64,000 nucleotides of DNA from Myxococcales bacterium. GTDB taxonomy: Bacteria > Myxococcota_A > Polyangia > Polyangiales > DASUME01. The stretch lies in NCBI GenBank assembly GCA_047601445.1, contig JASGJH010000001.1, positions 6,464,001-6,528,000 on the forward strand, in the 5' to 3' direction. Both the position numbers and the translations under genes were made by a program. The notes under the pieces were generated by a model, which worked only from the letters and a program-made list of their open reading frames with translations, did not search any database and had not been told where the DNA came from. Within the stretch, counting starts at the first letter, position 1; every line of letters begins with the position of its first letter. Of this stretch, positions 23,868 through 34,786 are shown one piece after another.

Positions 23868-25661
23868 ATGGGATTCCGGAGTCGTCGCTCGTTGCTCGCG
23901 TACGCAGCAGTATTGCTGGGCGGCTGGCTGCTGGCGTTGAGCGCACGGGCGCAACCCGTGGTGCAGGCCGGAGGCAGCGGCGGCGTCGAGACCTACGAGT
24001 GGGAGCGCACACGCAAGGTGCTCGAGCGGCAGGGGCTCGTGGTGGCGGAGAACGCTGCCGTCGAGAACAAGCCCATCGCCTGGATCCGCATCGTCCGCAA
24101 CGACATTTTCGTGCCCGACGAGCTCGTGCCCCTGTGGCTCAACAAGTTCCACAGCCGCACGCGCGAGTTCGTGGTGCGCCGCGAGCTGCTGTTCCACGAG
24201 GGCGGGCCCTACCACGACGCGCGCATCGAGGAGACCATGCGCAACCTGCGCAACATGGGCATCTTCGCCCTGGTGCGCATCGTGCCGATTCAAGTCGAAG
24301 ACCCCAACAAGGTGGGCGTCCTCGTCTACACGCGCGACATCTGGAGTCTGCGCCTCGAGCAGGCCTTCAACATCACGACCCAGATCAACCAGCTCAGCTT
24401 GCAGCTCACCGAGGTCAACCTCTTCGGTGCGAACAAGCAAGTAGGGCTGGACTTCGAGATGTTCCCGAAGACGTATTTCTTCCTGCCGTCGTTCTACGCT
24501 CGCCGCGTGCTCAACTCGCGGGTGGGGTTGAACGCCGGGGCGGGGCCCATCCTCAACCGCGCTCACAATCAGGTCGAGGGAAGTCTGTGGCGCCTGCGCG
24601 TGGGCGAGCCGTTCTACTATCTCAACCAGCACTTCTCGTATCAGCTCAACGGGGCCTACACGGATCAGGTGGTACGCCGCGTGCGGGATGGAGACGTGCA
24701 GAAGTATCAGCCCGACGGCAAGGGCACGCCCTTCGCCAACGCGGTGTTTCGGCAGAAGACGCCGTCGGTGAACCTGTGGGGCTACTACCGGCGCGGTGAT
24801 GCCTACAAGCAGACCTTTGGCGTCGGCTGGGATTACCGGGAGATCCACGCGAGCCCCACGCACGAGAGCGACGTACCCGCAGCCTTGCGCGATGGGTTCG
24901 AGCGCACCGTGCTGCCCATGCAGCGTCGCGAGATTGGTCCGGCCCTCGAGTACGCCATCTTCGTGCCGAAGTTCGCCACCTTCAACAACCTGTCCACCTT
25001 CGGAAAGAGCGAGAACGTGCAAGTGGGCCCGACCGCCGACGTGCTCGTGCGCGCTCCGCTGGCGGCCTTTGGTTCCAACGTCAGCTCGTGGGTGTTATCT
25101 GGTGACTTCGGCTATGTGGTGGCGCCCGGTGGTGGTCTCCTGCAGCTGAAAGTCGGCGGCCGCACCCGCTATCAGCAAGGGGAGCTCTACGACCAACTCG
25201 CGACCGCCGTGCTCCGCGGCGCGACGCCCATCCTGGGCTGGGTGCGCCTGGTGGGACGCGCTTACGTCGAAGCACGCAGGCGCGACACCGCGCGTACCTA
25301 CGTGACGCTAGGCTCGGACATGGCGCTACGCGGCTTTCCCAGCCAGTACTTGTGGGGCTACGGCGCGAGTCGCTGGCTCGCGAATTTCGAGGCTCGCACC
25401 TTGCCCTGGAAGTTCCATGCCTTCTACCTGGGTGGCGTGGCGTTCTTCGACGTGGGCTCGGTGTTCTACAAGTGGAGCGAGGCGCACCCTTACTACGCCG
25501 CGGGGCTCGGCATCCGCTTCCTGTTCTCCAAGCTCAGCCGCTACCCGTTCTCGGTCGATGGGGGCACCTCGCCGCAGTACGGCTACAACCCGGTGCCAGC
25601 GTTCAACAGTCACCAGACCGTGCCGATGACCGAGTACGAGGACACGCTGATCGGCTTCTGA
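23868..25661 (+). CDS. Omp85 (BamA/TamA-like) outer membrane protein
   Basis: Signal peptide; POTRA-like TREFVVRRELLF..ETMRNLR; barrel motifs LRGFP, NFEAR, FFDVG, GLGIRF. Confidence 0.75.
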   Translation: MGFRSRRSLLAYAAVLLGGWLLALSARAQPVVQAGGSGGVETYEWERTRKVLERQGLVVAENAAVENKPIAWIRIVRNDIFVPDELVPLWLNKFHSRTREFVVRRELLFHEGGPYHDARIEETMRNLRNMGIFALVRIVPIQVEDPNKVGVLVYTRDIWSLRLEQAFNITTQINQLSLQLTEVNLFGANKQVGLDFEMFPKTYFFLPSFYARRVLNSRVGLNAGAGPILNRAHNQVEGSLWRLRVGEPFYYLNQHFSYQLNGAYTDQVVRRVRDGDVQKYQPDGKGTPFANAVFRQKTPSVNLWGYYRRGDAYKQTFGVGWDYREIHASPTHESDVPAALRDGFERTVLPMQRREIGPALEYAIFVPKFATFNNLSTFGKSENVQVGPTADVLVRAPLAAFGSNVSSWVLSGDFGYVVAPGGGLLQLKVGGRTRYQQGELYDQLATAVLRGATPILGWVRLVGRAYVEARRRDTARTYVTLGSDMALRGFPSQYLWGYGASRWLANFEARTLPWKFHAFYLGGVAFFDVGSVFYKWSEAHPYYAAGLGIRFLFSKLSRYPFSVDGGTSPQYGYNPVPAFNSHQTVPMTEYEDTLIGF

Positions 25662-25688
25662 GCCACCGGATGAAAGTTGCGCGACCTA

Positions 25689-27611
25689 CTACTGCGAGCA
25701 GGCGCAAATCTTGAGTGTACTGGCCGAGTTTCGAGGCGACGGGGTCCCGACCGTGAAGTCGCTAAAGTTGTCGTTCGTGTCTGCGCAGCCGTCGTCGTTG
25801 CGTAGCGCGGCTGTCGTGTTGGAGAGGTCCCCCGTGGAGGCGCCTTCGATCGGCGGACTCCACGCACCTGTGCCGTAGACGACGAGATCGAGACGGAGAG
25901 GATCCGCGGCCGAGGTCGCGGTGGTACCCGCGACCAGCGCTACTCTGCCTGCTCTCGATCCCATGGCCATGGTACCTTGCGTATCGGCTCCTTGCAGAGG
26001 CGTGCCTGAGACCGTTCCCCCGGTCTCTTTGATGAGGTAGTAACCGCCTCCGGGGATGCTCACGTCCGGCAGGGGTTGCACCAGCCACGAAGCGCTGCTG
26101 GACGCATATTGAACCGACCAGCCGCTGAGGCTGGCGGGCGCGGCTCCCCGATTGTGCAGCTCGATGAAGTCGTTGCCGATCATCGCCCCCGTGTTGCCTC
26201 CGCCTCCGTAGACCTGGCTGATCACGACCGCAGGGCCACAGGTGGCTACCTCCGAGGTCGTGGTGAAAGTACTGGTCACGGTCGAAGCCAGCGGTGAGCC
26301 ATACAGAGCCTTCACCCCCGAGACGACGCGAATGGCGTACGTGGTGCCAATCGCGAACTTCTCGCCTGGGTGCATGGTCGAGACCGTACCGGAGGCATCG
26401 ACCTCGGCATTCGCCGTGGCGAAAGGCAAACAGCTGGCAAAGTTGTCCGCTGACAGTTGGACGGCGCCGGTGCACGGACCCGCGGTGACCTGCGTCGTGA
26501 TCTCGGACGCCTGAACGGCTTGATTGAACTGCACGCGAACAGCCGAGAGCAAAGCCACGTTCGTCCCCCCGTCGGCAGGAAACGTGTTGACCACGGCCAG
26601 TTCAGGACAGGTGATCTCGGCGTCCGTCGGGTCCCAGACTGACAGTTGGAGCTTGTTTCGGTATCTCGAGAGCGGCGTCCCCAGGAGCTTCACCGTGCAG
26701 GTGGCGAACAGCTTCGAGACCCACTCCGTCGGCCCACGCAGGACGAAGTATTGGCTCCCAACCGGCTCACCGCCCGTGGTGATATAGGCCGAGCTGAAAC
26801 CGAAGCCGGCCCCGACGAACGCGCCATCGATGGTGACCGTGCCCGTCACGAGCTCACTCTCGAGGTCATACTCGCCGAGGTCGAGGCCCACCGACGTATC
26901 GAGCAGGTCGAGCGCGGAGATGGTCTGTGCTTGAGGCAGCAACGCCCCTTCTCCCACGAGACGAGCACTCGCACCCGTCACGACGACGAGTTGATCTGGC
27001 GCATCTCCGGCGGAAATCGTGAGATCCAGGATGTCTCCCACGCGCACGCCTCCGGGCACGGTGGTCGCGGGATCCATCGCAATCAACAGGGCGGGTCCGG
27101 CGGTCCCGTTCTGCACGTAGAACGCCGGGCCATCCGAGCTGCCCACCGGGTTATCACCGACGCCGCGCCTCACGTACGTCACGACTGCGCCGCGGACGGT
27201 GATCGGGGCCCACGGATCTCCTGAGCGGATCGCCTGGCGTACTGCGGCGATCTGACCGCTCGTCTCGCCGGGAGCGAGAGGTGGACCAGCGTCTTCGATG
27301 ACGCGCTGTCCATCGGGCGAGCCATCCTCCTGTGGAACCGTCCCGTCGTCGAGAACGACTTCGGCATCGAGTCCAGCGTCGCTACCGTCGCCGCCGTCGA
27401 TGTCGATCTCGGAGTTGGGATCGTCGCCGCCTGCTGCTCCGTCCGGGCGCGGGGTTTCAGCATCGAGGCTGCCGCCACCGTGCGTGGGCGCTTTCCAGTC
27501 GAGCGCGCAGCCGCTCGTACCCAGGGTCAACCCGATCCCCCAAGCGGCTGCGACGACGCCGTTCGCTGTGAGGGAGCGCCCAGCTAACACGGTGTTCTTT
27601 GTGCTCGGCAT
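25689..27611 (-). CDS. Secreted lipoprotein with Ig-like (SbsA-type) and lamin-tail domains
   Basis: Lipobox TSGC; VVNTFPADGGTNV..VRVQFNQAV; VVISQVYGGGGN..DFIELHN.G..SLSGWSVQYAS; DTNDNFSDF..PSPRNS. Confidence 0.75.
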   Translation of the reverse strand: MPSTKNTVLAGRSLTANGVVAAAWGIGLTLGTSGCALDWKAPTHGGGSLDAETPRPDGAAGGDDPNSEIDIDGGDGSDAGLDAEVVLDDGTVPQEDGSPDGQRVIEDAGPPLAPGETSGQIAAVRQAIRSGDPWAPITVRGAVVTYVRRGVGDNPVGSSDGPAFYVQNGTAGPALLIAMDPATTVPGGVRVGDILDLTISAGDAPDQLVVVTGASARLVGEGALLPQAQTISALDLLDTSVGLDLGEYDLESELVTGTVTIDGAFVGAGFGFSSAYITTGGEPVGSQYFVLRGPTEWVSKLFATCTVKLLGTPLSRYRNKLQLSVWDPTDAEITCPELAVVNTFPADGGTNVALLSAVRVQFNQAVQASEITTQVTAGPCTGAVQLSADNFASCLPFATANAEVDASGTVSTMHPGEKFAIGTTYAIRVVSGVKALYGSPLASTVTSTFTTTSEVATCGPAVVISQVYGGGGNTGAMIGNDFIELHNRGAAPASLSGWSVQYASSSASWLVQPLPDVSIPGGGYYLIKETGGTVSGTPLQGADTQGTMAMGSRAGRVALVAGTTATSAADPLRLDLVVYGTGAWSPPIEGASTGDLSNTTAALRNDDGCADTNDNFSDFTVGTPSPRNSASTLKICACSQ

Positions 27612-27747
27612 CCGACTGGCCCTGCGCTTTGGTGCGCCCCATCACAGCTTCGACCGGACGGAGAAGCGTCCAAAAGCTGGGAGGGTTCCTAAAGCGCCGT
27701 AGCACAGCGGTGTTTTCGAAGCGACGGAGATGGCCGCGCGATCACCC

Positions 27748-28380
27748 TCAAGGAGCCATCGACGAGCGCTTCGTGATCAGGGCTTGATGGAACTCGAACG
27801 CTGCCGCGCGCGGATCGGCCGCACCGCATACCAAACGGACCGACGCCGCGTAGCTCGCTCCAGTGCGCCGGAGTAGGCGCGCGTGTTGGCGTTGGATGCC
27901 GCCGATAGCGAGCACCGGGGTCCGCACCGCTCGACAGACTTCCGCCAGCGCGAACAGGCCGATGTCTTCAGGTTGGTGCACTGGCGTACGTTCGCGAAAC
28001 ACCGGCCCATAGCCGATGAGATCGACGCCCTGATTCTCCGCTGCCTTTGCTTGCTGCAGCGTGTCCACCGAAAGACCGAGCAAGCGCGGCCCCCAAACCT
28101 GCCGAACCTCGTCGACCGCCAAATCATCTTGGCTGAGAAACAGGCCGTCGGCGCGCGACAGGAGGGCGATATCCAGGCGGTCGTTAACCCAGAATTGCAC
28201 GCCCGCTCGCTTGCAATGCACCTGCACCTGTTGCGCGATCTTGAGGAAGGCCCGGTCGCTCATCGTCTTGACGCGCAGCTGCAGTGCGGTGCACCCGCTC
28301 CGAACCGTCTGCTCCGAGACCCATACCGGATCGCGGCCCTTACACTGACTGGGATCGATGATCGCGTACAAGCCCCTCAT
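27748..28380 (-). CDS. thiE: Thiamine-phosphate synthase (ThiE/TenI)-like protein, divergent
   Basis: GLYAIID, LQLRVK, VNDRLDIAL, QDDL, GPVF, PVLAIGGI; several canonical active-site positions altered. Confidence 0.7.
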   Translation of the reverse strand: MRGLYAIIDPSQCKGRDPVWVSEQTVRSGCTALQLRVKTMSDRAFLKIAQQVQVHCKRAGVQFWVNDRLDIALLSRADGLFLSQDDLAVDEVRQVWGPRLLGLSVDTLQQAKAAENQGVDLIGYGPVFRERTPVHQPEDIGLFALAEVCRAVRTPVLAIGGIQRQHARLLRRTGASYAASVRLVCGAADPRAAAFEFHQALITKRSSMAP

Positions 28381-28428
28381 TCACTCCAATCCTAGGACAT
28401 TCTCTCGAGTTTCCTCAAACACAACTCT

Positions 28429-28747
28429 CCTCCCATGGGGCCGGTGAAGCGGAGCGGGGGTCACCTCTCGGCTCGTCGCGCTGCTGCTCCGCGCCCCGGT
28501 CGTACACTCCCTCCCATGGGGTCGGTGAAGCAGAGCGGGGGTCACCTCTCGGCTCGTCGCGCTGCTGCTCCGCGCCCCGGTCGTACACTCCCTCCCATGG
28601 GGTCGGTGAAGCGGAGCGGGGTCACCTCTCGGCTCGTCGCGCTGCTGCTCCGCGCCCCGCTCGTACACTCCCTCCCATGGGGTCGGTGAAGCGGAGCGGG
28701 GGTCACCTCTCGGCTCGTCGCGCTGCTGCTCCGCGCCCCGCTCGTAC
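28429..28747. repeat. Tandem repeat, 4 x ~81 bp
   Basis: Units begin at 28429, 28510, 28591, 28671 (CCTCCCATGGGGTCGGTGAAGCGGAGCGGGGGTCACCTCTCGG...CGTAC); no spacers. Confidence 0.95.
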
Positions 28748-28919
28748 GTCTTGAGGTGCTTGGGGGCCGGTTGGCCGCATGCGCGCCGAGGCACGGCGCG
28801 CGGGCTGTACTTCTGGGGGTGGGGATCTAGGCGTGGTTGTACGTCTGTTCTTCGATTCTTGCGGGGGCGCTCCAATGCGCCGCCAGGTGACCCCCGCTCC
28901 GCTTCACCGACCCCATGGG
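28674..28919. other. 246-bp non-coding element with perfect 35-bp terminal inverted repeats (copy 1)
   Basis: 28674-28708 is the exact reverse complement of 28885-28919; interior homologous to 29153-29390. Confidence 0.85.
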
Positions 28920-29152
28920 TGGCTCGCGTGCGCTCGAGAACTCGAGTTTTCTCGGGTGTTCTCGGATCCCGAGCGTTCTCAGGGGTCCACGGCGGCAGGG
29001 GTTCTCTGGGGTGCGCGAGCGAGCGTTCCCGGACGCCCGAGCGTTCTCGGATGACCTATGCCCACCCGAGTAACCCTGAGTCGAGCTCACCTGAGGCCTT
29101 CGAGCCAACGAGTGCCCGCCCGAGCGACTCCGAGTCGAGCCCACCCGAGCCA

Positions 29153-29390
29153 CCCCGTGGGCTCGGTGGAAGCGGGGGGGTGGCCTCGCGGCGCGCATTG
29201 GAGCGCCTCCGCCCGAATCGCAGAACAGACGTACGACCCGGCCCAGCCGCACCTCCCCAGAAGCACAGCCCGCGCGCCGTGCCCGCGGCCAACCGGCCCC
29301 CAGCTACCTCATGACGTACGAGCTACGCGCGAAGCAGCAGCGCAACGAGCCGAGAGGCCACCCACCCCCGCTTCCACCGAGTCCACGGGG
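29153..29390. other. 238-bp diverged, inverted copy 2 of the same element
   Basis: Arms 29153-29187 and 29354-29390 are complementary; interior shares GCATTGGAGCGCC, AGAACAGACGTAC, CCCCAGAAG, CAGCCCGCGCGCCGTGCC, GCGGCCAACCGGCCCCCA with the reverse complement of copy 1. Confidence 0.85.
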
Positions 29391-29411
29391 AGGGGAGGTT
29401 GGTTGGAAGGG

Positions 29412-30974
<1,563 letters not shown>

Positions 30975-30977
30975 CGC

Positions 30978-32090
30978 TCATTTCCCCTTGCCCAAGAACT
31001 CTTTGATGGAGCCCACGATGCCGTCGCGATCGCGGATCTCGCTGGTGATGATGCGGTCGTCGGTCTTGAGGTGCTCGCGCAGGTCTTTGATGAACTGGCC
31101 CGAGCCGTAGGGGCTCTCCACCTGGCCGTAGCAGAACACGTTGCTGGCGGGCAGGAGCTTGGTCTTGAGCAGCTGGACGCACGAGAGCGTGTCGTCGACG
31201 CTCCAGTTGTCGCCGTCGGAGAAATGGAAGGGGTAGATGTTCCACTCGCTCGGCGGGTAGTCGGCCTCGATGATGTCCGTGCACAGCTTGTAGGCCGAGG
31301 AGATCATGGTGCCGCCGCTCTCGCGCGTGCGGAAGAAGGTGTCGCGGTCGACCTCGCGGGCCACGGCGTCGTGGATGATGAAGCGGGTCTCGATGCCCTT
31401 GTATTGGCGCGATAGCCAGGCGTCGATCCAGAAGCTCTCGATGCGAACGATTTCCTTCTGCTCGTCGCCCATGGAGCCCGACACGTCCATCATGTAGAGG
31501 ATGACGGCGTTGGCGACCGGCTCGGTCTCGGTCTTCCACGAGCGGAAGCGCATGTCGTCGCGCACGGGCACCACCACCGGGAACTTGGGGTTGTAGGTGC
31601 CCATCGAGATCTGGCGCTTGAGCGCCTCGCGGTAAGTGCGCCTGAAGTGGCGCAGCGAGTTGGGGCCCACGCGGCGTACGCCCACGTAGCGGTCGCGCTG
31701 ATTGACGATGCGACTCTTGCCCTTGTCCTCGATGTTCGGCAGCGCGAGCTCCTCGCCGAGGATGTCCGCCAGCTCATCGAGGCTGACTTCGACCTCGAGC
31801 GCGTGCTCGCCCGGGTTCTCACCGGCCTGCTTGCCCTGGCCGGGCTGGGGTTGGCCGCCCTGGCTGAGCGGGTCGCCCGCGTCCCCATCGCCCTGGCCGA
31901 CACCACCCTGTTGCTTGTCTCCGTAGCGGAAACGGGGGATGTCGATTTGGGGGATCGGTATCGAGACCACCTCTTTACCCTGGCGGCCGAGTAGCTCCCC
32001 CTGAGAGATGTACTTGCGCAGGTTCTGGCGGATTTTTCCGCGGACGATATGGCGGAAGCGCCCGTGATCCTGGTCGATCTTCAGGGACAT
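30978..32090 (-). CDS. yeaH: DUF444 family protein (YeaH/YhbH)
   Basis: [51 protein letters not shown]. Confidence 0.93.
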   Translation of the reverse strand: MSLKIDQDHGRFRHIVRGKIRQNLRKYISQGELLGRQGKEVVSIPIPQIDIPRFRYGDKQQGGVGQGDGDAGDPLSQGGQPQPGQGKQAGENPGEHALEVEVSLDELADILGEELALPNIEDKGKSRIVNQRDRYVGVRRVGPNSLRHFRRTYREALKRQISMGTYNPKFPVVVPVRDDMRFRSWKTETEPVANAVILYMMDVSGSMGDEQKEIVRIESFWIDAWLSRQYKGIETRFIIHDAVAREVDRDTFFRTRESGGTMISSAYKLCTDIIEADYPPSEWNIYPFHFSDGDNWSVDDTLSCVQLLKTKLLPASNVFCYGQVESPYGSGQFIKDLREHLKTDDRIITSEIRDRDGIVGSIKEFLGKGK

Positions 32091-32174
32091 GCCCTTGGAG
32101 TGTACCCTCCTTTCCTCCCCCGGGAGCGCAACAAATCACCAGTCGGTACGGCCGTGTGGGCGATGGTCGTATTG

Positions 32175-32384
32175 GACGGGGAGGGCACGCGCCCCTCCCC
32201 GCCCGTCGCGGCAGTTGCTGGGGGAGGTCACGGGACCTCCCCGCCCGTCGCGGCAGTTGCTGGGGGAGGTCACGGGACCTCCCCGCCCGTCGCGGCAAAG
32301 CCGCGCCGGGACCCACCCCACCGCGAGGTTCGCTTCGCTCACTGCGCCGGGACCCACCCCACCGCGAGGTTCGCTGCGCTCACG
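32175..32384 (+). repeat. Repeat family A cluster (3 x ~42-bp hairpin module + 2 x 41-bp module)
   Basis: GGGGAGG(GC/TC)ACG(C/G)(GC/GA)CCTCCCCGCCCGTCGCGGC repeated three times, then GCGCCGGGACCCACCCCACCGCGAGGTTCGC twice. Confidence 0.9.
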
Positions 32385-32688
32385 AGGTCGCCTTGCTTCA
32401 AGCGACTGGCCAGACACCGCTACGAATTTGGCAAGCGACCGCCCAATTGTGTCGACCCGGGGCCGGGAACGACACCTAAACGTCACACTCCCTTCGTCTC
32501 CCCGTGACGCACCGGCAGTAGCTCTCTGGCGTGGCTTTTCGAGGTCCGGGAGCTCCCGACTTGGGTGGGCTTAGTGCCCAGCCAGGGATCCCCATCTCTG
32601 GGCCCGAAGTCCCCTAGGTCTCATGCGCAGGCGAACGAGCCTGACGCGGCGGATTCAAGCCTCGGAGTAGCCGGGGAAGGTACGGAGC

Positions 32689-33390
32689 ATGGAACAGCAC
32701 GCGGAAAAAGGTCTCTCTCTGATCGAAACCTTCACCAAGCTCGCCGGCCTCGGTGCCGAGTGGGTGATGTGGATGCTCATCGGCATGTTCACGCTGGGCA
32801 TCATCATCGCGGTGGAACGTCTTTACCTGTTCCTCTCCACCAAGGTCGACGTCACGGCCACCGCGCGCAAGCTCATCGGCTTCCTCGAGTCCGACCAGGT
32901 GGACAAGGCGCGGGAACTCGTGCGTTCCGGCAAGGGCATGGAAGAGCGCGTGGTCTCGGACGCCCTCTCCATGTACGAGCGCGGCGCCGACGCCGTGGAA
33001 GAGGTGGCGCACGCCTCGCTGATCCGCGAGAAGCAGCGCTACGAGCGCGCCCTGATGTACCTCGGCACGGTGGGCAGCAACGGTCCGTTCATCGGTCTGC
33101 TCGGCACTGTTATCGGCGTCATCATCTCTTTCGCCGAGCTCGGTCGTAACCCGAAGGGCGGCCTCGAAGTGGTCGGTCCCGGTATCTCGGAGGCGCTCGT
33201 CGCCACCGCGGTGGGTCTGCTGGTCGCCATTCCCTCGGTCATCTCCTTCAACTGGTTCAAGTCGCTGCTCAAGACGCGCGTGAACAACACGGACTTCTTG
33301 ACCCGCCTCGTGGTGGCGCAGCTCAAGCGCAACGACCGCGTGCCTGGCGGCTCTCTGATGGCCGACGCCGCTGCCGCCGAGGAGGAGTGA
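32689..33390 (+). CDS. exbB: MotA/TolQ/ExbB proton channel
   Basis: LGTVGSNGPFIGLLGTVIGVI, GISEALVATAVGLLVAIP. Confidence 0.92.
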   Translation: MEQHAEKGLSLIETFTKLAGLGAEWVMWMLIGMFTLGIIIAVERLYLFLSTKVDVTATARKLIGFLESDQVDKARELVRSGKGMEERVVSDALSMYERGADAVEEVAHASLIREKQRYERALMYLGTVGSNGPFIGLLGTVIGVIISFAELGRNPKGGLEVVGPGISEALVATAVGLLVAIPSVISFNWFKSLLKTRVNNTDFLTRLVVAQLKRNDRVPGGSLMADAAAAEEE

Positions 33391-33391
33391 C

Positions 33392-33817
33392 ATGGCTGGC
33401 TCCGCAAAGATGGACGATGACGAGGGCATCAACGAGATCAACGTGACCCCCCTCGTGGATGTGATGCTGGTGCTGCTCGTGATCTTCATGGTGGCTTCGG
33501 TGTACATCGTGAAGGAGTCGATCGAGATCGAGCTGCCCAAGGCGGCCACCGCCACCGACACGGTCGAGACCACGGTCTCCATCGTGATGGACAAGAACCG
33601 CGACCTCTACCTGAACGGCGAGAAGATCAGCGATAACGCCTTGGCAGCTGCGTGTCAGAAGGCTGCGGCCAAGGATGCCAGCACGCAGGCGATCATTGCG
33701 GCTGACCACGCGGTGTCGCACGGCGACGTGATTCGCCTGATCGACCTGGTGCGCAGCAATGGGCTCGAACGCTTCGCCCTGAACGTGAAGCGCCCCGAGA
33801 CCGCCAAGGCCAACTGA
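33392..33817 (+). CDS. exbD: ExbD/TolR biopolymer transport protein
   Basis: EINVTPLVDVMLVLLVIFMV, IELPKA. Confidence 0.92.
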   Translation: MAGSAKMDDDEGINEINVTPLVDVMLVLLVIFMVASVYIVKESIEIELPKAATATDTVETTVSIVMDKNRDLYLNGEKISDNALAAACQKAAAKDASTQAIIAADHAVSHGDVIRLIDLVRSNGLERFALNVKRPETAKAN

Positions 33818-33853
33818 ACCTTCCCCGAGCACGAGCGCGAGAACGAGGCAGTC

Positions 33854-34603
33854 ATGAATGCACTTGGACCTGAGCCAGAGAGCGGCGGCCGCCTGGGCCG
33901 CATGGGAATCGGACTCGGCATCGCCTTGGCGCTAGGCCTCGGTCTGGTGTTCGGAGCGGATCACATCGTGCCCACCAAGCGCCTGCTGGCCGAGGTGCTG
34001 CCGATCACGATGGTGGAAGACCGTCCGATTCCGCCGAAGAAGGAAGAAGAGCCGCCGCCGCCTCCTCCGCCCCCGCTCGAGGCGCCCAAGCCCAAGCCCC
34101 AGAAGGCTGACAAGCCCGCTCCGGCCGAGGCACCGCCGCCCGACGCACCCCCGCCTCCCTCCGACCAGCCCCAGCAGGACCCGGTCGGCCTGGACGCCGA
34201 TAGCTTCGGCGCGGGCAGCGGTGGCGCTGCGTTCCACGTGGGCACCAGCCAGATGGGTACCCCCGGCGGCTTCGGCCGCGGTGGAGTCCAGCAGCAGCCC
34301 ACGAACCAGGACATGCGCGGCCCCGGTCCCCGTCTGGTGGAAGCCAGGGCTCGTCCCGGCAACGCCATCCCGGCCTACTCGGACCGCGCTCGTCGCCGCA
34401 ATATCCAGGGCATGATCGTGATCGAGGCCGACATCGACGAGTCCGGTCACGTCACGCGCGCCGTGGTGCGTGGCAAGGTGGACCCGGAGCTCGACGCCGC
34501 GGCCCTGAAGGCCGTGAAGACCTGGAGTTTCGAGCCCGCGACCCTGGCCGGCAAGGCCGTGGCGAGCACCAAGTTCCTCAAGTTCCGCTTCGAGCTGAAC
34601 TGA
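33854..34603 (+). CDS. tonB: TonB family energy transducer
   Basis: N-terminal TM, Pro-rich linker, C-terminal PAYSDRARR..QG.I..DIDESG.V..LDAAALKAVKTWSFEPA. Confidence 0.88.
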   Translation: MNALGPEPESGGRLGRMGIGLGIALALGLGLVFGADHIVPTKRLLAEVLPITMVEDRPIPPKKEEEPPPPPPPPLEAPKPKPQKADKPAPAEAPPPDAPPPPSDQPQQDPVGLDADSFGAGSGGAAFHVGTSQMGTPGGFGRGGVQQQPTNQDMRGPGPRLVEARARPGNAIPAYSDRARRRNIQGMIVIEADIDESGHVTRAVVRGKVDPELDAAALKAVKTWSFEPATLAGKAVASTKFLKFRFELN

Positions 34604-34683
34604 CTTGGTGTCCTGGCCCACCCCCTCCCGGAGGGTGAGCGGCCGGCCGAGTACGTTCTTGGTGTCTTGAGGTCATTATCTCG

Positions 34684-34726
34684 AAGGCCCTGTCCCGGTT
34701 AGGTTCCGGGCAGGGCCTTTCGCCTT
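34684..34726 (+). terminator. Probable intrinsic terminator after tonB
   Basis: AAGGCCCTGTCCCGG-TTAGGTT-CCGGGCAGGGCCTTT hairpin followed by short T tracts. Confidence 0.5.
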
Positions 34727-34786
34727 TGGATCTCCTCCCGAGCGGACCGCCCTTTTTGGCTTGGCTGCTTTGCTTGGAGACGATCC

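Noticed and set aside
28429..28747. Possible CRISPR array
   Set aside because: Units are contiguous and near-identical with no unique spacers; no cas genes. The same applies to 32175-32384 and 50445-50530.
28381..28900. TPP riboswitch upstream of the thiE-like gene
   Set aside because: No CTGAGA / ACCTGA core motifs seen on the minus strand.
28381..29314. ORFs across the repeat region (28381-28875, 28751-29314)
   Set aside because: Translations of repeats; indels between copies break the frame.
28674..29390. Functional retron msr-msd
   Set aside because: Long terminal inverted repeats resemble a1/a2, but there is no long msd hairpin inside and no reverse transcriptase in the window. Kept only as a weak alternative.
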